Origin: an uncultured Gemmatimonadaceae bacterium
GTDB taxonomy: Bacteria; Gemmatimonadota; Gemmatimonadetes; Gemmatimonadales; Gemmatimonadaceae
Assembly: GCA_963817955.1 (NCBI GenBank)
Contig: CAWFQK010000004.1
Span: forward strand, 992,001-1,056,000
DNA: 64,000 nucleotides
Direction of reading: 5' to 3'
Each line of letters begins with the position of its first letter. Position 1 is the first letter of the stretch. Below are positions 17,243 through 27,127 of this stretch, piece by piece. The position numbers and the translations under genes are program-made. The notes below the pieces were generated by a model. That model was given only the letters and a program-made list of their open reading frames with translations, made no database searches and was not told the origin of the DNA.

Positions 17243-18151
17243 ATGGATGACTTCGTGCCGGGGGATCGCGAGCTCGATGTGATGGGCGTGTCGTGGCAAC
17301 CAATGATCATGTCGTCATATACCATCGTGGTCACCGTCACATCGCTCGCTCTTGCCTGCTCGCTGCAGGCGGAAAACCTCTTCGCACAAAGGCCCGTTGT
17401 CGCTGTGCCATACCCCAACAATGTGTACTTCGGGTTTCAGGTGACATCAACGGTGGCGCCGTTGCCAGGGAATCCGACGCCGAAGTACCCCGACTTGTTG
17501 CGCTCGGCGCAAGTTGAGGGCGAAGTACTGGCGCAGTTCGTCGTCGATACGCTCGGCGTCGCGGACATGAGCACCTTCAAGGCGTTGAAGTCGACCCACG
17601 ATCTATTCACGGCGTCGGTACGGAGCGCGATAACGTCAATGCGCTTCCGGCCCGCCGAGTCGAACGGCCGTAAGGTGAAACAACTCGTTCAGATGCCGTT
17701 CCCGTTCAGCCTCCCAAATGATGCGCCAAGCGCCGGGCAACCTGGTAACCAAGGCGTCGCCGCTGCCAGCGCGCAGGCCCCGGGATCAGCGCCATTGATC
17801 TCCGCCACGCCGGATGCATCGAAGAACTCGAACTCGGCCCCTATGAACGGCTATGTCGAGTTCAAGATCACCAAAGCGGCATCGCCGTTGCCAGGAACTC
17901 CGGCGCCGAAGTACCCCGATGGGTTGCGCTCGGCGAATATCGAGGGCGTTGTGCTCGCGCAGTTCGTGGTCGACACCACAGGATTCGCGGACACCACGAG
18001 CTTCAAGGTGTTGAAGTCAAACCACGATCTATTCACGCAAGCCGTGCGCGCCGTGCTGCCTGGGATCCGCTTCTCGCCGGCTGAAGTCGATGGCAGAAAA
18101 GTAAAGCAAATGCTGCAGATGCTGTTCAGCTTTTCGTTGTCGAAGAACTAG
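17243..18151 (+). CDS. TonB C-terminal domain protein with two tandem TonB_C domains (start uncertain)
   Basis: Two copies of PKYP..LRSA..EG.VLAQFVVDT.G.AD...FK.LKS.HDLFT..VR.......F.PAE..GRKVKQ..QM.F.FSL. Confidence 0.85.
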   Translation: MDDFVPGDRELDVMGVSWQPMIMSSYTIVVTVTSLALACSLQAENLFAQRPVVAVPYPNNVYFGFQVTSTVAPLPGNPTPKYPDLLRSAQVEGEVLAQFVVDTLGVADMSTFKALKSTHDLFTASVRSAITSMRFRPAESNGRKVKQLVQMPFPFSLPNDAPSAGQPGNQGVAAASAQAPGSAPLISATPDASKNSNSAPMNGYVEFKITKAASPLPGTPAPKYPDGLRSANIEGVVLAQFVVDTTGFADTTSFKVLKSNHDLFTQAVRAVLPGIRFSPAEVDGRKVKQMLQMLFSFSLSKN

Positions 18152-18692
18152 TCACCGCACCAAGCCGATCGAGCAGCGCGCCGGGGCTCGTGTCCACCAT
18201 GAGCTTCGCGCGCTGCGCCGGCCGCACGAAGCCCTGCTCGCACGCGTGGTCGAGGAAGTCGATCAACGGCTGATAGTAGCCGGCGACGTTCAACATGCCG
18301 TACGGCTTGGAGTGTAGGCGAAGCATGCCCCACGTCCAGATCTCGAACAGCTCCTCGAACGTGCCGAGACCGCCCGGTAGCGCAACGAACGCGTCGGACA
18401 GCTCAGCCATCATCGCCTTGCGTTCGTGCATCGAGTCGACGATGTGGAGCTCGGTGAGTCCGGAGTGGGCGAGCTCGCGGTTGACGAGCGCGCGCGGCAA
18501 TACGCCCACGATCTTCCCCTTCTGAGCGACCGCCTCGTCGGCCAGCGCACCCATGAGGCCGACGTTGGAGCCGCCATAGACAATGCGGATCCCACGCCGA
18601 ACGGCCTCGACGGCGAACTCACGGGCGGCCGCGATGTACGCGGGATCGGTACCGGCGGTTGACCCGCAGAACACACACACGGACATTGACAT
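18126..18692 (-). CDS. LOG family nucleotide phosphoribohydrolase (TIGR00730-type)
   Basis: VCVFCGS, YGGSNVGLMG, MHERKA, PGGLGTFEE. Confidence 0.92.
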   Translation of the reverse strand: MSMSVCVFCGSTAGTDPAYIAAAREFAVEAVRRGIRIVYGGSNVGLMGALADEAVAQKGKIVGVLPRALVNRELAHSGLTELHIVDSMHERKAMMAELSDAFVALPGGLGTFEELFEIWTWGMLRLHSKPYGMLNVAGYYQPLIDFLDHACEQGFVRPAQRAKLMVDTSPGALLDRLGAVTSSSTTKS

Positions 18693-18803
18693 GGCGGACA
18701 AGACTATCGGTGCTCCGCCGACCGTGCCAGGGCCAACCCTCGGCGCCTCTCGGGCGTAAACCAGACATATCCCGCCACCGAATTGCCCTCCGACGTTCGA
18801 GTA

Positions 18804-21308
18804 ATGGCCAAACAGACCGCACGCCATCCCCAGCCGTACACCGTTCCACGCCCCCTGCCACCAACGCAGCGATTCCTGCCGCTGCTCCTGTTGCTGTTCG
18901 TCGGCAGCGGCTGTGCGGCGCTGATCTATGAGATCGTCTGGTTCCAGCTCCTTCAGCTCGTCATCGGCTCGTCGGCGATATCGCTCGGCGTGCTGCTGGG
19001 CACGTTCATGGGCGGCATGTGTCTCGGCAGTGTCCTGCTGCCGCGTTTCGTATCCCCGCAGCAGCATCCGTTGCGCATCTACGCAATGCTCGAGGCAGGA
19101 ATAGGCGTGCTCGGGCTGCTCGTGCTCGTGGCCGTTCCGCTTGTAGGCGGCGCGTACACCGCGACAGCCATGCACGGCCTTCCGGGCCTGCTGCTCCGCG
19201 GCCTCGTGTGCGCCATCTGCCTGTTGCCGCCCACGCTGCTGATGGGCGCGACGCTGCCGGCCGTGGCCCGCTGGGTGGAAACGACGCCGACCGGCGTTTC
19301 GTGGCTCGGCTTCTTCTACGGAAGCAACATTGCCGGTGCCGTGTTCGGCTGTCTCCTCGCCGGATTCTATCTGCTGCGCGTGTTTGACATGGCCACAGCG
19401 ACATTCGTCGCCGTGGCGATCAATGCCGTGGTCGCAACGCTCGGCTACGTGCTCTCTCAGCGCGCGCCGCACCGGGCCGCAGTACAAACCGAGCGCGATG
19501 GTGGCTCCGACGCACCGCGGTCGCCTGGGACGAGAGCGGTGTACGTCGCCATCGGGCTATCCGGGCTCTCCGCACTCGGCGCGGAAGTGGTGTGGACGCG
19601 ACTGCTCTCGCTTATGCTTGGCGCGTCCGTGTACACGTTCTCGATCATTCTTGCCGTCTTTCTCATTGGACTCGGTTTCGGCAGCAGCGCCGGATCGATG
19701 CTGTCTCGCGGCAATCGATCGAGGGCGGCGCTCGGATGGTGCCAACTGCTGCTCACGGCAGCGATCGCGTGGGCGGCGTACATGATGGCGAATTCGCTGC
19801 CCTACTGGCCGATCAATCCCACACTGTCACCCAGCCCGTGGATCACCTTCCAGCTGGACCTGTTGCGGTCGCTGGTGGCGGTATTCCCTGCCGCGTTCCT
19901 GTGGGGCGCGAGCTTCCCGCTGGCAATCGCCGCAGTCGTCGGACCGGGGCAGGATGCTGGCCGGCTCGTTGGGCGCGTGTATGCCGCGAACACCGTGGGG
20001 GCGATCGTCGGTGCTCTCGCATTCAGCGTCTTCGCCATTCCGCACATCGGCACACAGAACGCCGAGCGGGTGCTGATCGCCGTGGCGCTGGTGTCGGCGT
20101 TCGTCGTCTTCATCACGACACCGCGTGCGCAGGCGAGTAACGCACCGGCAAAGCGGGACGCTCGAGTCACAGCCGGCTTTGGCGCCGTGGCATGGTCGCT
20201 CGCCGTCGGCGGGGCTGTCATCGCGCTGGTGCTGCTCGGGACGGTGCCGAAGGTGCCCGACGGGCTCGTAGCGTATGGACGCTTCTTGCCTACGTATACG
20301 ACCGAGCCGAAGTACCTGTACGTGGGTGAGGGCATCAACTCATCGATCGCCGTGTCGGAGGAAGCGAGCGGCGCGCGGAACTTCCACGTCGCTGGCAAGG
20401 TGGAGGCGTCGAGTCTTCCGCAGGACATGCGGCTGCAGCGCATGCTCGGCCATCTGTCGGCGCTGCTCGACCACGATCCGCAGTCGGTGCTCGTCGTCGG
20501 TTTCGGCGCGGGGGTGACGGCGGGATCGTTCGTCACGTACCCGGGCATCAAGCGCATCGTGATCTGTGAGATCGAGCCGCTCATCCCGAAGGTGGTGTCC
20601 ACCTACTTCTCCCGCGAGAACTACAACGTCGCGAGCGACCCACGCGTGCAAATCGTCTACGACGACGCGCGACACTTCATCTTGACGACGAAGGAGAAGT
20701 TCGACGTCATCACCTCCGACCCGATCCATCCGTGGGTGAAGGGCGCGGCGACGCTGTACACGAAAGAGTATTTCGAACTGGTGAAACAGCATCTGAAGCC
20801 CGGCGGCGTGGTCACGCAGTGGGTGCCGTTGTACGAGAGCTCGCCCGAAGTGGTGAAGAGCGAAGTCGCCACGTTCTTCAACGTATTCCCCGATGGATCC
20901 GTGTGGAGCAACGACATCCAGGGGAAGGGGTACGACGTGGTCCTGGCAGGTCACGCGGCGACGCAGACGATCGACATCGACTCGATGCAGGCACGCGTCT
21001 CGCGCCCCGAGAATGTCCGCGCGCAACAGTCGCTGAGCGAAGTGGGATTCAACTCGGCGTTGTCGCTGCTCTCCACGTACGGCGGTCAGGCGCGCGATCT
21101 CGCGCCGTGGGTAGTGGGCGCCGAGATCAACCGCGATTCCAACTTGCGGCTACAGTATCTGGCTGGGTTGGGATTGAACCTGTACCAGAGCGCCAGCATC
21201 TACGACGAAATGCTGCGCTACCGCCGGTTCCCGGAGAACCTATTTGTTGGCGCGGAGAACGAGCGTACGTACCTGCGGGAACGTTTTAGCGGGGCAGTCG
21301 CGCCGTAG
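18804..21308 (+). CDS. Fused MFS-like membrane domain/spermidine synthase-like SAM methyltransferase
   Basis: SGCAALIYEIVW TM repeats; VVGFGAGVTAG, CEIEP, DDARH, FDVITSDP. Confidence 0.9.
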   Translation: MAKQTARHPQPYTVPRPLPPTQRFLPLLLLLFVGSGCAALIYEIVWFQLLQLVIGSSAISLGVLLGTFMGGMCLGSVLLPRFVSPQQHPLRIYAMLEAGIGVLGLLVLVAVPLVGGAYTATAMHGLPGLLLRGLVCAICLLPPTLLMGATLPAVARWVETTPTGVSWLGFFYGSNIAGAVFGCLLAGFYLLRVFDMATATFVAVAINAVVATLGYVLSQRAPHRAAVQTERDGGSDAPRSPGTRAVYVAIGLSGLSALGAEVVWTRLLSLMLGASVYTFSIILAVFLIGLGFGSSAGSMLSRGNRSRAALGWCQLLLTAAIAWAAYMMANSLPYWPINPTLSPSPWITFQLDLLRSLVAVFPAAFLWGASFPLAIAAVVGPGQDAGRLVGRVYAANTVGAIVGALAFSVFAIPHIGTQNAERVLIAVALVSAFVVFITTPRAQASNAPAKRDARVTAGFGAVAWSLAVGGAVIALVLLGTVPKVPDGLVAYGRFLPTYTTEPKYLYVGEGINSSIAVSEEASGARNFHVAGKVEASSLPQDMRLQRMLGHLSALLDHDPQSVLVVGFGAGVTAGSFVTYPGIKRIVICEIEPLIPKVVSTYFSRENYNVASDPRVQIVYDDARHFILTTKEKFDVITSDPIHPWVKGAATLYTKEYFELVKQHLKPGGVVTQWVPLYESSPEVVKSEVATFFNVFPDGSVWSNDIQGKGYDVVLAGHAATQTIDIDSMQARVSRPENVRAQQSLSEVGFNSALSLLSTYGGQARDLAPWVVGAEINRDSNLRLQYLAGLGLNLYQSASIYDEMLRYRRFPENLFVGAENERTYLRERFSGAVAP

Positions 21309-21316
21309 GCGGGGGG

Positions 21317-21432
21317 CGAGACACGAGAACGGGACACGAGAAACTCACAACGCACAACTCACAACTGGAAACTCGGAACCTCGCCGACCGGTGGGCCGAC
21401 CGCGACGGAGCAGCCAGCGACATCCAGCCGGT
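21317..21432. repeat. Dispersed intergenic repeat, copy 1 (heptamer tract plus about 100-bp core)
   Basis: 21330-21432 is nearly identical to 41169-41270. Confidence 0.9.
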
Positions 21433-21495
21433 TACGCGCGGCCGAGCGTGCACGCGCGCGGGCGCTGTGTGACCGGACGCGAACGCCTCCGGAGC

Positions 21496-21579
21496 GCGGT
21501 TTCGACGACGCGTCCGCCTGTTCCGATGACGCGTCCAGCTGTTCCGCTGATGCGGCCAGCCGTTTCGATAACCGCGCAC
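21496..21579. repeat. Degenerate 21-bp tandem repeat (about 4 units)
   Basis: gcggtttcgacgacgcgtccg / cctgttccgatgacgcgtcca / gctgttccgctgatgcggcca / gccgtttcgataaccgcgcac. Confidence 0.7.
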
Positions 21580-21580
21580 A

Positions 21581-21841
21581 TCATTTCCGCGTCGCTGAAC
21601 CTCCCGAGCTCGAGCGCGTCAGCCGCTCGCCCAACAGTCCAAGCACAATTCCCAGCGGCACGTTGAGCGCCGCCATCAGCGCCGCGAGGGCGATTGTCGT
21701 CCACGTCCACGGACGCGGTGCGCGCCAGAGGTTGATCGCCACGGCAGTGACGGCGGCTATGATCCCGAGCAGAAAGCCGAATCGACCGGCAACGTTCTTC
21801 CGCGCCCTGATCTCTGCGTCACCCTCGGATTTCTGAGCCAT
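21581..21841 (-). CDS. Small membrane protein (2 TM)
   Basis: MAQKSEGDAE...FGFLLGIIAAVTAVAINLW...IALAALMAALNVPLGIVLGLL. Confidence 0.6.
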   Translation of the reverse strand: MAQKSEGDAEIRARKNVAGRFGFLLGIIAAVTAVAINLWRAPRPWTWTTIALAALMAALNVPLGIVLGLLGERLTRSSSGGSATRK

Positions 21842-21918
21842 GTCACAACCTATACAGACGCCCGGCGCACCGCGATTGCGATGCGCCGGGCGTTGTGTCC
21901 CGTTGTCTCGTGTCGCGC

Positions 21919-24900
21919 CTAGCGCGCCTTGAACCACTTGTCTTCGAGAACCTCGACAGGCTTGCTGTATGCTTTCCCGTTGACCGTGAGTGTCACGAGG
22001 TAGGTGCCTGGAGTGACCGCATTCGGCGCTCCACCGCGGCCACCACCACCACCGCCACCCGCGCCACCACTGCAGCTGTTGTCCGGAGGACCAGCCTGGC
22101 CGCCGAAACCACCCCGGCCACCACCACCACCGCCGCCGCCAAGTTGCGGCGCAACGAGCGCCCAGTCGACGCGATTGATGCCTGCGGTCTTCGGCGCGTC
22201 GGACGTGCACAGCGTACGGCCTTGCGCGTCCGCAATCGAAACCTTCACGTCATTTGCGCCCGACTTCAGGTAGTAATTGACTGACGTTCCGCGCGGCGCA
22301 TTCTGGCCGAGAAATACCTTCTGCCCGCCGATGTGCGGATTGTTCGTGATGTCGTTGACGTACGCGACCGCCGGCCGTGGTGCGAACAGATATGCATCCT
22401 GCGACTGCACCGCGGGCGTGAGTTGCTCGAGCGGCGTGATGTCGTCGGCAATCCACAAGCTGCGCCCGTGGGTCGCGACGATCACATCGCCGTCACGCGG
22501 ATGAATGAGGATGTCATCCGTGCGAACGGTGGGGTAATCGTTCATGAACTTCTCCCAATGCTTGCCGCCATTGAGAGAGGTGAACAGACCGAACTCCGTT
22601 CCCACAAAGAGGAGATCTTTGTTCTTGGGATCCTCGCGGATCACCTGAACGTTTCCGTACGCCGGAAGGTCAGCACTGATACTCTGGAAGGTGCGGCCGT
22701 AATCGCGCGTGACGAACACGTACGCGTGGAGATCGTCGGTCCGGTGGCCATCCACGGAGACATACGCTGTGCCCGCATCGAAATGCGACGCATCGATCCG
22801 AGAGATCCAGAACGGATCGTCTCCGGTCAGCGCACCCTGCGGCAGCCCCGGCAGGTTCTTGCCGACTTCGGTAAAGGTCAGCCCCCCGTCACGACTCACC
22901 TGCAGGTTGCCATCGTCGGTGCCGGCCCATACCACGCCGGGCATGACCGGCGATTCGGAGACCGCGATGATCGTGCTGTACTGCGAGAGCCCATCGTTCT
23001 TGGAGAGCTGCGTCTTATTGCCGGCGACACCCATCACCGCGATGCCGCAGCGATCGACCTGCTTGGTGAGATCGTTGCTCGCCACCCAACTCGTGCCACG
23101 GTCGTACGACTTGAACAACCGGTTGCCGCCAAGGTAGACGATGTCCGCGTTGTGCGGCGAGAGAATGAACGGCGTGTTCCAGTTGAAACGATACTGCTCG
23201 CCGCCCGCCGCGTTGATGACGTTCTTGCGTGCACCGCCGCGTCCGCCGCCGCCACCGGCGCCACGCCCGCCCGCGGCATGGCCATCGATGCACGCCGCGC
23301 TGTTCGCCGCGGCGCGCGCACCCGCCGGCGCGCCGGCGAGCTGCACGCCCGGTCCCGCGTTCGGACGAATGCTCGTCGTCTGACCCGTGTTCAGGTCATA
23401 GCGGCTCGTGTTGCCGTCCTGCGACTCGCAGTAGATGATGTTCGGATGGTCCACGTTCACCGCGGTATAGAATCCGTCACCACCGCAGATGCCGAACCAA
23501 TCCATGTTCGTGATGCCGCTGCGGCCGCGCTTCGAGCTCGGACCGCCCCAACTATTGTTGTCCTGCAAACCGGTGTAGACGTTGTACGGCCGCTCGTTAT
23601 CCGCGGTGACGACGTACGCCAGTCCTGTAGCCATCGTCGCAACAAAATCCCACGACTTGCCCTGATCGTAGCTGATGTCCAGGCCACCATCGTTGCCGAT
23701 CATCAGGTGCTTCGAGTTCCGGGGATCGATCCAGATCGCATGCTGATCGACGTGCGCCGGGGATCCGTTGCCGCCAGCATCGTCGAGGGTGGCGAACGTC
23801 TTCCCGCCATCGAGCGACTTGGCAACCGGTAGCCCGGCGACATACACCGTGTTCGGATTCTGCGGGTCGACGCGAAGCTGGCTGAAGTACATCGGACGCG
23901 CGTCGCAGTTGCTGACGAGCGTGAACGAGCGGCCGCGATTGTCGGAGCGGAACAGGCCGCCGAGCGCCGGGTCGAGCTTCGGCGCGGTGCGGTTCTCGGC
24001 TGCGGCTCCGCCGCGTCCGACAGGGAAGCCGCCGCCCGGCCCGCCATTGTTGCACGCGTCGAATGTTGCACCACGACCGCCGCCTGGCGCCGCTGGCGCG
24101 GCTTCGGCCGGCGCTGCAGCCGGAGCAGCGGCGAAGTCGGTACCGTGCTCACCCGCCTCGATCTGCACGTAGACGATGTTCGGGTTCGATGCCGCGACAC
24201 TGAGTGCGATGCGCCCATAGGTGCCCTGCGGTAAGCCGCTCGTGATCTTGCTCCACGTGCGGCCTGCATCGTCGGAGCGCCAGAGCGCGCTGCCTGGGCC
24301 GCCGCCGTTGAAGCAGCAGCTCGTGCGCCGGCGCTGGTAGCTCGCGGCATAGACGATGTTGCTGTTCGACGGATCGATCGCGATGTCGGTGAACCCGGTA
24401 TTCTCGTCGATGAACTTGATCTTGTTCCAGGTCTTTCCGCCGTCGGTCGTCTTGTAGACACCGCGCTCGGCGTTGGGACCAAAGAGATGGCCCGGCGAGG
24501 CGACGTACACCACCTCGGGGTTGTTGTGGTCGATGACGATACGCGCGATCGTCTGCGTCTCGCGCAATCCGACGTTGGTAAACGTCTTGCCACCGTCGGT
24601 GGACTTGTAGACACCGTCCCCGAACGACGCGGTCTGGCGATTGTTCGGCTCGCCCGTGCCGACGTAGACGATGTCCGGATTCTTCGGGTGAATGGCGATG
24701 TCGCCGATCGACGCAGTGGTGTACGTCTGAAACACCGGCCGGAATGACACGCCGTTGTCTTCCGACTTGAAGACACCACCGACGGCGTAGCCGATGTAGA
24801 TCACGTTTGGATCGCTCGGTGCCACCTCGATGTCGTCGAGTCGGCCACCCATGCTCGCGGGGCCAATTGAGCGAAATCTGAAGCTCGAGAGCATGGAGTT

Positions 24901-25026
24901 GGACGAGGTGTTGAAGCTGGCGTCGCGCTCGCGCGCGCCACGTCCCTGAGCGAAGAGCGGTGCCGCTAGCAGCGGCAATGCTGCGATCGAAATGAGGCGT
25001 CGAAACGCAGTCTGCATGGAGTCCAT
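21919..25026 (-). CDS. Secreted BNR/Asp-box (VPS10/GH74-like) beta-propeller protein
   Basis: FRSIGPASMGGR, many SxDGGxTW/F repeats, GLQDNNSWGGPS, ATHGRS. Confidence 0.9.
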   Translation of the reverse strand: MDSMQTAFRRLISIAALPLLAAPLFAQGRGARERDASFNTSSNSMLSSFRFRSIGPASMGGRLDDIEVAPSDPNVIYIGYAVGGVFKSEDNGVSFRPVFQTYTTASIGDIAIHPKNPDIVYVGTGEPNNRQTASFGDGVYKSTDGGKTFTNVGLRETQTIARIVIDHNNPEVVYVASPGHLFGPNAERGVYKTTDGGKTWNKIKFIDENTGFTDIAIDPSNSNIVYAASYQRRRTSCCFNGGGPGSALWRSDDAGRTWSKITSGLPQGTYGRIALSVAASNPNIVYVQIEAGEHGTDFAAAPAAAPAEAAPAAPGGGRGATFDACNNGGPGGGFPVGRGGAAAENRTAPKLDPALGGLFRSDNRGRSFTLVSNCDARPMYFSQLRVDPQNPNTVYVAGLPVAKSLDGGKTFATLDDAGGNGSPAHVDQHAIWIDPRNSKHLMIGNDGGLDISYDQGKSWDFVATMATGLAYVVTADNERPYNVYTGLQDNNSWGGPSSKRGRSGITNMDWFGICGGDGFYTAVNVDHPNIIYCESQDGNTSRYDLNTGQTTSIRPNAGPGVQLAGAPAGARAAANSAACIDGHAAGGRGAGGGGGRGGARKNVINAAGGEQYRFNWNTPFILSPHNADIVYLGGNRLFKSYDRGTSWVASNDLTKQVDRCGIAVMGVAGNKTQLSKNDGLSQYSTIIAVSESPVMPGVVWAGTDDGNLQVSRDGGLTFTEVGKNLPGLPQGALTGDDPFWISRIDASHFDAGTAYVSVDGHRTDDLHAYVFVTRDYGRTFQSISADLPAYGNVQVIREDPKNKDLLFVGTEFGLFTSLNGGKHWEKFMNDYPTVRTDDILIHPRDGDVIVATHGRSLWIADDITPLEQLTPAVQSQDAYLFAPRPAVAYVNDITNNPHIGGQKVFLGQNAPRGTSVNYYLKSGANDVKVSIADAQGRTLCTSDAPKTAGINRVDWALVAPQLGGGGGGGGRGGFGGQAGPPDNSCSGGAGGGGGGGRGGAPNAVTPGTYLVTLTVNGKAYSKPVEVLEDKWFKAR

Positions 25027-25108
25027 CCTGTTGGAGGTCGCGTGTGGTACCCCAATATGGATGTCCGCCGCCCGCGCCGCGAGTTACTCAGCCATCCTCA
25101 CCAACTCT

Positions 25109-27127
25109 TCAAAAATGGCCAACGTTGTACACGAGACCTGCGTAAAGCGCGTGCGGCTGAGGTCCGGTGACCGGCAGGATGATGCCCGTGTCTAACGCGA
25201 GCCATGGACGCGCCAGAAAGGTGGGACCAGCGAGCAGCGCGACGATCGGTGCCTGGCCCGCGACACCACCCGTACCCGGAATGCCGTAGCATTCTGCCGT
25301 CCAACCCAATGCGCCGTCCACCGGACCGCCGAACGAAGCCGTCCACAGCGACGTCGTTTTCGGCACGGTCGAGGTCTCTCGATTGCGCACGGTGTACCCG
25401 ACGTTCAGATCCATCGAGACATCTCCGAAGCGATGACTCGAGATCAACAGCAGCGATCCGTCGGTGGTTCCTGTACCGGTACCGCTGACTTCGGATCCGG
25501 TCGCGAGCTTGACGCTGGGCAGCACGGCGAAGTCGCCGAGCACCGGCGCATCATCGAGCAGCCGCCATTTCACGCCGACGTTGACGTCCGGCGCCTTGCT
25601 CAAATGACCGAGCGGTGCCCACAGACTCAGTTGCGCCTTATTGGCGATTCCGATCTTCACCAACGTTGGCGCAATATTTCCCGTGACCGACGGGGAGAAC
25701 CGATCGTGCTCGACGCCAGCTTCGATCTCGACCCACCCCGGCGCAACCGTGCCGGCGTGCGTGGCGACCGTCGGACGCTCCGGCTGCACCGCGTGCGGAT
25801 CGTTCGCCGAATCGGGCAGCGCAAGCGTGCCTGACGCAGACCTGACCGTATCACCAACGATGGCGCCGTCCTTGATCACGTAGCGAATGCGGCGTGTGTT
25901 GCGAATATCCTCGGCGGGATTCGCGTCGAGCAGCACGAGATCCGCCACGCGTCCCTCTCTCACGGATCCACGCACGCTGTCGACGCCGATTGCGCGTGCG
26001 GCGTTGGCCGTCGCCGACGCGATTGCTTGCAGCGGCGTGAGCCCCGCTTGCACCTCGAGCTCGAGCTCCTTATGGAGTGTCGGCAAGGAATCACGGCGCG
26101 GGTCCATCATGTTGTCCGTGCCGGCGACGATGTTGACGCCAAGTTCCTGTGCGCGCTTCGTGACGGCGTTCATCCACGGTGTCCGCACGCGGCTCACGGA
26201 ATCCGCAGGTTGACCCTCGGCGAACACCCAGAGTGTAGGGTTGAGCGACACATCACGGTCATGCATCTCGCGCAACAGGCGCTCGATGACCGGGGATGTA
26301 GCAGGAACACCGACGAAATCACCGCGCGCGCGGTTCGTCCAGTCGTCGGTCGGCGCACTTCCCTGCCATACGAGATACGGCGTGTGCGCCAGCATCGTGA
26401 CGCCGGCGGCGATCAGAGCACTCGGCTTGGCGGGAAAGGTGGTTGCGTGTGCGACGACGCGCATTCCCTGGCGCCGCGCTTCGGCGGTGGCGAGCGTGGC
26501 CGTGACCGAATCGAGCGACGCGTAGAGCTTGATCGTCGTCGCGCCCGTTCCGCGCGCCGCGGCGACGGCACGCGGCATGTCCGTCGTCGGCGTGATCGCC
26601 TGCGCCCAGGGCGCCTGCCCAGTGCGGAAGCCGCGCGAGATACTCACGGCGCGCGGGTCGGTGAAGAACGGCGGACCGGCCATGAGGGCCGAGTAGTAGA
26701 TCGTCGGTCCAGGGATTTCGTGCACGAGCACCGCGCGCGCGAGGTCGCCGGTGGTTCGCGCGTCCCCAGCCAGCTCATACACTGCGGTGACGCCACCCTT
26801 GAGCGTTTGCCGAAGCTGCTCCGCCCTGGCGCGCCAGTCAGCGCCCGACAGATGCACGTGTGCATCGATGAGTCCTGGAATGACATACAATCCGCGGCCG
26901 TCGATCACGCGCGCCGAATCCGGGAGCGCACCGCCTGCCGGTGCCACGGACACAATCATTCCGCCACGCGCGACGACGCGTAGGTGTGCGCGAGGTGGGC
27001 CACCCGTACCATCGATGACGGTGACGTCGTCGATCACGAGGGGCGCGGTCGAGACGGCGCGCGCGCCGCGCTGCGCATGCACGCATGGCGCGACCACGAG
27101 GAGCAGTGTGGCGATGCGTCTCATCAT
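25109..27127 (-). CDS. Secreted amidohydrolase fused to a putative outer-membrane beta-barrel domain
   Basis: PGLIDAHVH, AGTD, ADLVLLDANP..DI, then QPERPTVATHAGTVAPGWVEIEAG...YAGLVYNVGHF; ATGA overlap with the SDR gene. Confidence 0.8.
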   Translation of the reverse strand: MMRRIATLLLVVAPCVHAQRGARAVSTAPLVIDDVTVIDGTGGPPRAHLRVVARGGMIVSVAPAGGALPDSARVIDGRGLYVIPGLIDAHVHLSGADWRARAEQLRQTLKGGVTAVYELAGDARTTGDLARAVLVHEIPGPTIYYSALMAGPPFFTDPRAVSISRGFRTGQAPWAQAITPTTDMPRAVAAARGTGATTIKLYASLDSVTATLATAEARRQGMRVVAHATTFPAKPSALIAAGVTMLAHTPYLVWQGSAPTDDWTNRARGDFVGVPATSPVIERLLREMHDRDVSLNPTLWVFAEGQPADSVSRVRTPWMNAVTKRAQELGVNIVAGTDNMMDPRRDSLPTLHKELELEVQAGLTPLQAIASATANAARAIGVDSVRGSVREGRVADLVLLDANPAEDIRNTRRIRYVIKDGAIVGDTVRSASGTLALPDSANDPHAVQPERPTVATHAGTVAPGWVEIEAGVEHDRFSPSVTGNIAPTLVKIGIANKAQLSLWAPLGHLSKAPDVNVGVKWRLLDDAPVLGDFAVLPSVKLATGSEVSGTGTGTTDGSLLLISSHRFGDVSMDLNVGYTVRNRETSTVPKTTSLWTASFGGPVDGALGWTAECYGIPGTGGVAGQAPIVALLAGPTFLARPWLALDTGIILPVTGPQPHALYAGLVYNVGHF

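Noticed and set aside
18693..19487. 453-aa version of the LOG protein
   Set aside because: The extension is antisense to the MFS/spermidine synthase gene; LOG motifs begin at 18692.
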